A stretch of 64,000 nucleotides of DNA from the NCBI GenBank assembly GCA_045659925.1, contig JAZRCV010000042.1, positions 4,137 through 68,136 of the forward strand, read 5' to 3'. Source of the DNA: Faecousia sp. Its GTDB lineage: Bacteria; Bacillota; Clostridia; Oscillospirales; Oscillospiraceae. Below are positions 20,087-27,615 of the stretch, in pieces. The notes under the pieces are model-generated. The model was not told the DNA's origin, did not search any database, and worked only from the letters and a program-made list of their open reading frames with translations. Every line of letters starts with the position of its first letter. The stretch's first letter is position 1. A program made the translations under genes and the position numbers.

Positions 20087-20087
20087 A

Positions 20088-20987
20088 TTACAGCGGTGTC
20101 AGGCGGCTCAGTACCCGGAGGAAATCCTCAGGAAGGGGGGATTCCACCGTGACCGTTTCTCCTGTCCGGGGGTGAAGGAACTGAAGCTGCCTTGCGTGGA
20201 GGCACTGGGTATCCATGCCAAGCTCAGGAGTCTTGCGGCCATAGACGGGATCTCCTAAAATGGGATGGCTTCGCCAGGAAAGGTGGACTCGGATCTGGTG
20301 GGTGCGGCCGGTCTCCAAGCGGCATCGCAGGTGGGTATAGCCCCGATAGCGGGCAATTACCTCAAAATGGGTCACAGCTGAGCGACCATCCGGTACCACC
20401 GCCATCTTTTTGCGGTCATGGGGTGAGCGGCCAATGGGGGCATCAATGGTGCCGGAATCCTCCCGGATGCCGCCGCATACGATGCATTCATACACCCGGC
20501 TCAGGGTGTGATCCTGCAATTGTGCCGCCAGTGCCTGATGGGCAAAATCATTCTTTGCTACAATCAGAAGGCCGGAGGTATCCTTGTCGATGCGGTGAAT
20601 GATGCCGGGGCGAAGCTCTCCATTGATGCCGGAAAGCTCACTGCCGCAGTGATACATCAGGGCATTGACCAGGGTGCCGTCCCAATGACCGGCAGCGGGA
20701 TGCACCACCAAGCCCTTGGGCTTATTGATTACAAGGCAGTCGGCATCCTCCCAGACCACATCCAGTGCGATGTCCTGGGCTTCAATCTCCACCGGTTCAG
20801 CCTCCGGCAGAGTCAGCTCATATTCCTGCCCGGCCTTTGTTTTATCCTTCTTTCCCATCGGAACTCCATGGAGGGTCATGGCGCCCCGTTCCAGAAGCTT
20901 CTGGGCAGCATTGCGGCTCAGGCCTTCTACAGCGCCTGCCAGGTAAACATCCATCCGTTCTCCGGAGGTTTCAGGCTTCAGGATCAT
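20088..20987 (-). CDS. rluD: RluA-family 23S rRNA pseudouridine synthase (RluD-like)
   Basis: S4 domain (RMDVYLAGAVEGLSRNAAQKLL) and catalytic motif HRIDKDTSGLL. I chose the start at MILKPE (20987), which overlaps the lspA end. The ORF track extends to 21095. Confidence 0.85.
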   Translation of the reverse strand: MILKPETSGERMDVYLAGAVEGLSRNAAQKLLERGAMTLHGVPMGKKDKTKAGQEYELTLPEAEPVEIEAQDIALDVVWEDADCLVINKPKGLVVHPAAGHWDGTLVNALMYHCGSELSGINGELRPGIIHRIDKDTSGLLIVAKNDFAHQALAAQLQDHTLSRVYECIVCGGIREDSGTIDAPIGRSPHDRKKMAVVPDGRSAVTHFEVIARYRGYTHLRCRLETGRTHQIRVHLSWRSHPILGDPVYGRKTPELGMDTQCLHARQLQFLHPRTGETVTVESPLPEDFLRVLSRLTPL

Positions 20988-21462
20988 CTGCAATCTCCTC
21001 TTTGACTTTCTTTTCCCGGTCGAAAAACAGCACATATACCACCAGCGCCACAGCGCCGCAGGAAATAAAGGCGTCAGCCACATTGAACACGGCAAAGTTC
21101 ATAAACTCCACCTCGATCATATCCACCACATAGCCAAGTCTCACCCGGTCAATGAGGTTGCCAATGCCGCCGCCAAAAATGGCAGCAAGGCACCACAGCT
21201 CAAACCGATTGGTCAGCACCTTTTTTACCACCAGAATCACTGTAACCGCAAGACCGATCAGGCACACCGCAGCAAACAGCCAGCGGCCACCCTGCAGCAT
21301 GGAAAATGCCGCGCCGGTATTATGGAAATGAGTCCAGTGGAAAATTCCAGGAATGGCCGGGATCACATCCCCCAACGGAATATTTGCACTCACCACCGCC
21401 TTGACCACCTGATCCAGTACGGTTATGAGCACTATAAATGCAATCAATAAGCAATAGAGCAT
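20971..21462 (-). CDS. lspA: Lipoprotein signal peptidase II
   Basis: 163 aa with four TM segments. Motifs FHNTGAAFSM and GNLIDR...VVDMI...FNVAD are present. Shows the conserved lspA-rluD pairing. Confidence 0.9.
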   Translation of the reverse strand: MLYCLLIAFIVLITVLDQVVKAVVSANIPLGDVIPAIPGIFHWTHFHNTGAAFSMLQGGRWLFAAVCLIGLAVTVILVVKKVLTNRFELWCLAAIFGGGIGNLIDRVRLGYVVDMIEVEFMNFAVFNVADAFISCGAVALVVYVLFFDREKKVKEEIADDPEA

Positions 21463-21642
21463 GGTTGTCCTCCTGCTGAAAATACGAATATTGGTAAAAT
21501 TATATCACATCTTTTTCATCACGGCAACGAAAAGTTACTTGAACTGAATAATCCCAGAGATTGGGATTGCGCCGGAGCAAAAAAACTGATAAAATATGAT
21601 AATATAAAAAAGTGAGATCCCTTTCCCACAATCACAACAGAA

Positions 21643-21670
21643 GTTGGAACTTTCTTCCAACCATTTCGTC
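21643..21670 (+). promoter_or_regulatory. ECF-type promoter candidate (GGAAC-N16-CGTC) overlapping a 7-bp inverted repeat
   Basis: GGAAC at 21646-21650, exactly 16 nt of spacer, then CGTC at 21667-21670, about 35 nt upstream of the ATG of the sigma-fusion gene. The inverted repeat GTTGGAA/TTCCAAC spans 21643-21661. Confidence 0.5.
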
Positions 21671-21705
21671 AAATATACGATCATATATGACAGGAGGGGT
21701 TGACC

Positions 21706-24492
21706 ATGGATCAAAGACAATGGATCATCCGCGCTCTGGATGGTGATTACACCGCCAAAGCGCATCTGTTTGAAGTGAATATCGAACCCATTTACTATCT
21801 GTGCTGGAAGCTTACCGGAAGCGCCTCCCAGGCGGGAGAGCTGACCCGACGCACCTTTGCCCGCGCCTTTTCTCAGCTGACGCAGCTTCGCCCGGACGCC
21901 AGCTTTGACCGATGGGTCACTGCCATTGCTGTAAATCTCTGCCGCCAGTCGCTAAAGAAAAGCCAGAGCTGGCTGTTTACCACGAATGAACGGGAAATGG
22001 CCCTGCTGCGGGATACCTATGTGGCTGGGGAAGAATGCCTGCCGGAAAGCTGCCTGACGGAACCGGAGAAGCGTTCTCTGGCCCTTCGTACCATCAGTCT
22101 TCTGCCGCCGGAACAGCGCATCTGCATGATCCTGCGATATGTGGCCCATCTCAAGCCCCATCAGATTGCAAAGCTTATGGATGTGGATGAGATCACCGTG
22201 CTTGGCCGTCTCAACAGTGGGCGGCGAGCCCTGCTCACCACACTTCAGGATCCCCAGCCCAAGGCTCTGCTGACAGAGCTCTTTGCTCAGGAAGCCGCTG
22301 CCCTGCCGGTGCCGGAGCTGCTGCGGGAAAGCTGCATGCAGATGGTGCTGAATGCCCGTCCGGAGCCAGTCGCCCCCGAAGAGGAAGCAGCGGAAGATGA
22401 GGATGAACCGGAGCAGGAACAGGCCGGTTTCTTCGCAAATCTCTTTGCCAATCTGTCGAAAAAGCAGAAATATCTTCTGCTTGGCTGCGGCGGCCTTGCC
22501 GTGATCCTGATCGTCCTGATTCTGGCGCTGATGCTTCGTGGCTGCAGCCCGGAGGATGCGCCTGTGGTACTTCCGGAACCGGAGGATGCACCCGTTGAGG
22601 AAGTGGATGAAGATCTGGAATCTGCCGCACTTCTGGAAGAATACGGCGTTGAAGTCCTGCTGACTTATTCCCGCCGGGAAGCCCAGGAGCTTATGGACGC
22701 CTGGCAGAGCATCCTGCCGGAATATGTCGCCAGCGGCAATGCCGAAGATCTTGCCCTGCAAATTGAGACTGCCAATGACGAGGTCACAGAAGTGCGCCTC
22801 CGTCTGGAACAGGCGGAACTTGATATTACCCGGCTTCGTGAGCTGGGTGTTGGCGTGGAACCGGAGCTGCACCGTGCTTTGAATGCCATCCGGGAAAGCT
22901 ATCAGCTCGCCTGCTATGAGGGCGTTCCCCTGTTTGATCCCACGCCCCGGGCAGACCAGTCCGCCGCTGCCTATTCTGAGAACTACCGCTATGAGCTGCT
23001 GGACGACAACGGCGATGGCAGAGCGGAAGCGCTGTCCATCACCCGCACCGGTGCAAACTTCGACCCGGAGGCCGGCATATTCCGTCCCTATGGCGAAAGT
23101 CTCAGCGAAACCCTTGGTCTGCGCCGAGACGATGCCCAAGTATTGTTCGGCGAAGGCGGCTATGAAGGTGAAGGGGTAGACTTCTACTCCATGAGCAAAA
23201 CCGGCGTCACCGCCGATGATGCGCCCATTACGGTTTCCGCCATCATGGAAGCCCGCGCAGAAATGGATGCCGCACGCCAGCGTGTTACCGCCCTGACCTT
23301 CACGGTGGAAGGCTGCTTTGCGCAGCTGCTGCCGGAGCTGCAGCTGCCGGACACTGCCATTTCCCTCAACCAGCTCAATCGCAAGCTGCAGGGCACGGAT
23401 GGTCACATCGGCCTTCTTCCCGGAGATGTCTTCGCACCCCTTCATCTGCGCACTGACGATGATTTTCTGGTTTACTACAGCGGCGCTACCCGCTATCTCT
23501 TCAGTGCAAGCGATATGGACAGCCCCGTAAGCAATATTGAGGTTCTGGATCTCTCTGACTGCCGCCTTTGGGACGCCAAAGCTCTGGAATTCCGTCAGGA
23601 TGGCTTTGACTTGGAAAAGCTGCTGGGACTTGACCGTTATACCGCCTACAGCGATTACGGCATCCGCTCCTATTCCGGCGAGAATTTTGCCGGATCTGCA
23701 CTTGGTCTTTGGGAATCCAACGGCACCATCCGCACCGTGCATAATTCCAGCGATCCCAGAGCCCTGTGGGGAATCTCTCTGGGAGACAGCCGTGAAGACA
23801 TTGAAGCAAAAGTGGAGTCCGTGGAAGGCTACTGCTGCCAGGCCGATGATACCTCCGCCCGGTATGTGCTGCCGAACAAGCGGGAGCTTGCTGTCACCTA
23901 TGAAGGCAGCAGTGCAAAAACACTGCAGCTGGAAGATCACAGCCACCAGGCAGACTATAAAGCACCCGAGCCCCTGAAGAAGCCTGCGGAAGAACTGTTC
24001 CGTGAATTCCTGGAAGGGCTTTCCGATGTGAAAGCCTCCTGGTACGGCGACCTCACCCATGATCAGACCGGTGATCTTCTGGTATGCCGTCCCAGCGGTA
24101 CGGACTGTCTGATTCAGCTTTATGTCATCAAAGATGACGCCGTCAATGAAACGCCGATCTACAGCATGAGCCTTAGCGCCTCGGCTGGTGTAGATTATTA
24201 TATCTATTCCCACGAAAGCGGCCCCTGCCTGCTGGCACACACTGCCACCGAAACGGTTACCGAACAAAAAATCAGCTGGAAGCTCTTCAGCATCAATGCC
24301 GCCGGCGGCGAAGTGGTTCTGGATCAGAATGAAGCCAGTCTGAATCTGCTCGAAATGTTCCTGGGCGATGAAGACGCCTACGACACCGTGAAGAAAGAAG
24401 CCGCTTCCTACTGCGCCGAAGGCAAGTACCTGTGCGGCACCCAGAGCGGCAAGATTGATTACTCCGATATGACCGCAAACTTTGGAGAATAA
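21706..24492 (+). CDS. ECF sigma factor fused to a transmembrane helix and a large (~650 aa) extracytoplasmic domain of unknown function
   Basis: Region 2 (FDRWVTAIAVNLCRQSLKK), region 4 HTH (LPPEQRICMILRYVAHLKPHQIAKLMDVDEITVLGRLNSGRRAL), an acidic linker, a TM helix (YLLLGCGGLAVILIVLILALML) and then about 650 aa with no motif I recognise. ATG at 21706 lies 8 nt after AGGAGG. The TTG at 21700 is too close to the RBS. Confidence 0.75.
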   Translation: MDQRQWIIRALDGDYTAKAHLFEVNIEPIYYLCWKLTGSASQAGELTRRTFARAFSQLTQLRPDASFDRWVTAIAVNLCRQSLKKSQSWLFTTNEREMALLRDTYVAGEECLPESCLTEPEKRSLALRTISLLPPEQRICMILRYVAHLKPHQIAKLMDVDEITVLGRLNSGRRALLTTLQDPQPKALLTELFAQEAAALPVPELLRESCMQMVLNARPEPVAPEEEAAEDEDEPEQEQAGFFANLFANLSKKQKYLLLGCGGLAVILIVLILALMLRGCSPEDAPVVLPEPEDAPVEEVDEDLESAALLEEYGVEVLLTYSRREAQELMDAWQSILPEYVASGNAEDLALQIETANDEVTEVRLRLEQAELDITRLRELGVGVEPELHRALNAIRESYQLACYEGVPLFDPTPRADQSAAAYSENYRYELLDDNGDGRAEALSITRTGANFDPEAGIFRPYGESLSETLGLRRDDAQVLFGEGGYEGEGVDFYSMSKTGVTADDAPITVSAIMEARAEMDAARQRVTALTFTVEGCFAQLLPELQLPDTAISLNQLNRKLQGTDGHIGLLPGDVFAPLHLRTDDDFLVYYSGATRYLFSASDMDSPVSNIEVLDLSDCRLWDAKALEFRQDGFDLEKLLGLDRYTAYSDYGIRSYSGENFAGSALGLWESNGTIRTVHNSSDPRALWGISLGDSREDIEAKVESVEGYCCQADDTSARYVLPNKRELAVTYEGSSAKTLQLEDHSHQADYKAPEPLKKPAEELFREFLEGLSDVKASWYGDLTHDQTGDLLVCRPSGTDCLIQLYVIKDDAVNETPIYSMSLSASAGVDYYIYSHESGPCLLAHTATETVTEQKISWKLFSINAAGGEVVLDQNEASLNLLEMFLGDEDAYDTVKKEAASYCAEGKYLCGTQSGKIDYSDMTANFGE

Positions 24493-24521
24493 ACCATAAA
24501 ACGAAAGGAGAAATCGTCGTA

Positions 24522-25010
24522 ATGTATCAACCCAATGACAGTTTAATTTCTGTGGAAACTGACCTTCCCATGCGCTGGTTCCGTTTCCTGACCCGGTACG
24601 GCCTCTGGATTGCCGGAGTTGGCATGATCCTTTTGGGCTGCTTCATCCTGCTGGGTCTTCAGCACCTCTTGGTGGGAATTGATCCTTCTGTGCTGTATAT
24701 GCAGAATCATGCTCTGCTCCTTGCCGACTTTGCTTACGGCCTCATCTGCATTGGCATCGGCATCTGCTGCATTATCACCCGCTTCCGCCTTGTTCAGCTC
24801 CGCAAGGGCTCTCCCATGCTGGTGTATATCACCCACGCAATGCTGGTGCTCACTCCCATGATCTACACTGTTTTCTCCGGAATCTGCATTGGCGAAAGCC
24901 TGTCCAGTCTCCTGAATCTGCAGTTAGCAGCCCAGTTTGCAGGTCTGATCGCAGGCATCGTGCTGCATGTGATCTACTTCAACAAGCGCAGCCATCTTTT
25001 TTACAATTGA
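24522..25010 (+). CDS. Small integral membrane protein, unknown function
   Basis: 162 aa with about four hydrophobic segments and RBS aaaggag. Starts 29 nt after the sigma-fusion gene, so it is probably co-transcribed. Confidence 0.55.
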   Translation: MYQPNDSLISVETDLPMRWFRFLTRYGLWIAGVGMILLGCFILLGLQHLLVGIDPSVLYMQNHALLLADFAYGLICIGIGICCIITRFRLVQLRKGSPMLVYITHAMLVLTPMIYTVFSGICIGESLSSLLNLQLAAQFAGLIAGIVLHVIYFNKRSHLFYN

Positions 25011-25012
25011 TC

Positions 25013-25058
25013 AAAAAAATGGTACCTGTACACCTTTGGGATGTACAGGTACTTTTTT
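25013..25058. terminator. Bidirectional rho-independent terminator
   Basis: A-tract, then stem ggtacctgtaca / tgtacaggtac, then T-tract. The T-tract overlaps the stop codon of the convergent rnj gene. Confidence 0.8.
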
Positions 25059-26715
25059 ATATTTCCATGATGACCGGAAGGATCATGGGGTTTCGTCTGG
25101 TATTCTTATAGAGGAAATTGGAAAGATCGCCCTTCATAGCCGCCTTTATGGTGGCCCAATCGCTGATGCCCTTATTCTGGCAAGTAAACAGCGATTCCAG
25201 ACAGATCATCCGCATGGCTTCGATCAGATCTTCATTTTCCTTCACATGGACAAAGCCGCGGGTGATAATATCCGGGCCTGTGATCAGCTCGCCATCCTCT
25301 GCGGAAAGAATGACGCACACCACGATCATGCCATCCTGGGCAAGATGTCTGCGGTCCCGGAGAACCACAGCGCCCACATCGCCCACGCCGGTGCCATCCA
25401 CAAAGACGCTGCCCGCCGTTACTGTATTGTCTGTGAGCTTGCAGGTCTTGGAGGTGCATTCGATGACACTGCCAAGATCCGCCACAATAATGCGCTTGGG
25501 GCTCATGCCCATCATTTTTGCAAGCTGGGCATGCTTCTGAAGGTGGCGCTGTTCGCCGTGGACGGGAATGAAATACTTGGGCTTTGTCAGGGCATGGACG
25601 ATCTTCAGCTCCTCCTGACAGGCATGGCCGGAGGCATGCAGGCCTTCCAGCTTGTCATGCACCACATCTGCACCCTTGCGATAGAGCTCATTGATGATGC
25701 GGGAAACCGCCTTCTCATTGCCGGGAATGGCAGAGGCGGAGATAATGATACGGTCGCCGGGCTGAATGTCGATCTGCTTGTGGCTTGAAAAGGCCATGCG
25801 GTACAGTGCCGACATATTTTCGCCCTGGGAGCCAGTGGATACCACCACAACCTTGTTCTTCGGAAGGCTTTTGATCTGCGCCAGATCAATCAGGGTATTG
25901 GCAGGAGGCTTGATATAGTCAAGCTCCGAGGCAACCTTCAGCATATTTTCCATGCTGCGCCCGGTAACGGCCACCTTGCGGCCATAGCGGTGAGCAGTCT
26001 GCAAAACAGACTGGAGGCGATGAAGGTTCGACGCAAAAGTGGTGATGATAATTCTCTGGTCGCAATTCTTAAACTGCCGATCCAGACTATCTGCCACACT
26101 CATTTCTGATGTAGTGTAGCCTTGCCGCTCCACATTGGTGGAGTCGCACAGCAGCGCCAGAACCCCTTCCTTTCCCAGCTCACCGAGACGGGTCAGATCC
26201 ATCATACCCTCACTGTCTGTGGGGTCAATTTTGAAGTCGCCGGTCATAACGACATTGCCCACCGGGGTTTTGATGGCAAAGGCCACTGCGTCCGCAATTG
26301 AATGGTTCACATGGATGAACTCCACGCTGAAGCAGCCCGCCTGCACCACATCGCCGGGTTTATGGGTAATCAGCTTCACCTTGTCCCGCAGCTTATGCTC
26401 CTCCAACTTCAGCTCAATGAGGCCGTTGGTGAGGCGGGTGCCATGGATCGGGGCGTTTACCGCCTGCAGCACATAGGGGATCGAGCCAATATGATCCTCA
26501 TGACCATGGGTAATGAAAAAGCCACGCATTTTCTTTGCGTTCTTGACAAGATAGGTAACATCGGGAATGACAAGGTCTACGCCGTACATATCCTCTTCCG
26601 GGAAGGCAATGCCGCAGTCGATCACAATCATGTCCTTGCCATATTCCAGCACTGTCATATTCTTGCCGATCTCATTCAAACCGCCAATGGGAATAATTTT
26701 CAGTTTTTCAGCCAA
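25057..26715 (-). CDS. rnj: Ribonuclease J
   Basis: Metallo-beta-lactamase/beta-CASP fold: IIPIGGLNEIGKNMTVLEY, HGHEDHIG, and HASGHACQEEL near the C-terminus. A TTG start at 26715 sits 11 nt after aaaggag. The ORF-track ATG at 26799 adds a non-conserved extension. Confidence 0.9.
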   Translation of the reverse strand: MAEKLKIIPIGGLNEIGKNMTVLEYGKDMIVIDCGIAFPEEDMYGVDLVIPDVTYLVKNAKKMRGFFITHGHEDHIGSIPYVLQAVNAPIHGTRLTNGLIELKLEEHKLRDKVKLITHKPGDVVQAGCFSVEFIHVNHSIADAVAFAIKTPVGNVVMTGDFKIDPTDSEGMMDLTRLGELGKEGVLALLCDSTNVERQGYTTSEMSVADSLDRQFKNCDQRIIITTFASNLHRLQSVLQTAHRYGRKVAVTGRSMENMLKVASELDYIKPPANTLIDLAQIKSLPKNKVVVVSTGSQGENMSALYRMAFSSHKQIDIQPGDRIIISASAIPGNEKAVSRIINELYRKGADVVHDKLEGLHASGHACQEELKIVHALTKPKYFIPVHGEQRHLQKHAQLAKMMGMSPKRIIVADLGSVIECTSKTCKLTDNTVTAGSVFVDGTGVGDVGAVVLRDRRHLAQDGMIVVCVILSAEDGELITGPDIITRGFVHVKENEDLIEAMRMICLESLFTCQNKGISDWATIKAAMKGDLSNFLYKNTRRNPMILPVIMEI

Positions 26716-26890
26716 ATAGATCACAACTCCTTTTCTGCGCACCCGCATTTTGGTGGCTGACCTCAGCGGGCAGAGATTCAATATACTGTGCAGGGCCAAA
26801 TGCCCTTACATTATGGATTTCCTGAAGTGCATGAGCGCACACTTGGTTTATTATAGCACAATCATATGGCAAAGTATACCTTTTTCTTTT

Positions 26891-26919
26891 TTGCAAAATA
26901 TCAGGGTGTATGTTATAAT
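26891..26919 (+). promoter_or_regulatory. Sigma-A type promoter for the LysE-family gene
   Basis: TTGCAA, 17-nt spacer, then TATAAT. Confidence 0.6.
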
Positions 26920-26966
26920 AAATATCATGCAAACAACAGCAAATTCTGTGTTTAAGGGAGGTTTCT

Positions 26967-27548
26967 ATGTTTCCCTGGTTCAGCTTTATTTCCTATGCCC
27001 TGATCACCGCAGCCACCCCAGGGCCAAATAACATTATGTCCATGTCCAATGCAGCCAATCGGGGACTTCGAAAGGGTTTTCCCTTTCAGCTTGGCATCTT
27101 AAGCGGCTTTACCCTCGTTATTCTGCTTTGCACCTTTTTCTGCAATGCTCTGTCGGAAATGATTCCAAAGATCAAGCTGCCCATGATGATTGCAGGTGCT
27201 CTTTATATGCTCTGGCTGGCATGGAACATGCTGCGCAGCACTGGCCTGCTGGAGGATCACCATGCAAAAGGCAGCTATCTTTCCGGCTTGATTTTCCAGT
27301 TCATCAATCCAAAGCTCTATCTTTACTGCATTGTCTCCCTGGAAGCCTACATCCTGCCCTATTATCACGGGCAGTGGGTTTCTCTGATTTTCTTTGCCCT
27401 GCTGCTGGCGCTGTTTTGCTTTGCTTCCAATCTGTGCTGGGCCATGTTCGGCACGGTATTCCGGGCGCTGTTTTCCAAATATGCCAGAATCACCAACACC
27501 ATTATGGCGGCGCTTCTGGTTTACTGCGCTGTTTCCCTATTCCTATAA
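26967..27548 (+). CDS. LysE/RhtB-family amino-acid (cysteine/O-acetylserine-type) exporter
   Basis: 193 aa with six TM segments and the N-terminal signature ALITAATPGPNNIMSMSNA. Confidence 0.75.
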   Translation: MFPWFSFISYALITAATPGPNNIMSMSNAANRGLRKGFPFQLGILSGFTLVILLCTFFCNALSEMIPKIKLPMMIAGALYMLWLAWNMLRSTGLLEDHHAKGSYLSGLIFQFINPKLYLYCIVSLEAYILPYYHGQWVSLIFFALLLALFCFASNLCWAMFGTVFRALFSKYARITNTIMAALLVYCAVSLFL

Positions 27549-27563
27549 CATAATACAGTCAAA

Positions 27564-27596
27564 CAGGAGGCTGACCGTTTGCCGGTCAGCCTCCTG
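27564..27596. terminator. Strong hairpin between convergent genes
   Basis: 14-bp stem caggaggctgaccg / cggtcagcctcctg. The U-tracts are weak on both strands. Confidence 0.5.
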
Positions 27597-27615
27597 CTCA
27601 ATATAAATATCAAAA

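Noticed and set aside
16700-20087. Calling the low-GC thiamine cassette a mobile element
   Set aside because: No integrase, transposase, flanking direct or inverted repeats, or tRNA attachment site is visible. Only the compositional deviation is reported.
21952-24267. 771-aa ORF antisense to the sigma-fusion gene
   Set aside because: The sense frame begins with clear sigma region 2/4 motifs and has an RBS and a promoter. The antisense frame has no start context or recognisable domain. Because the ectodomain is itself unrecognised, I checked that the sense frame is continuous from the sigma domain through the TM helix to the stop at 24492.
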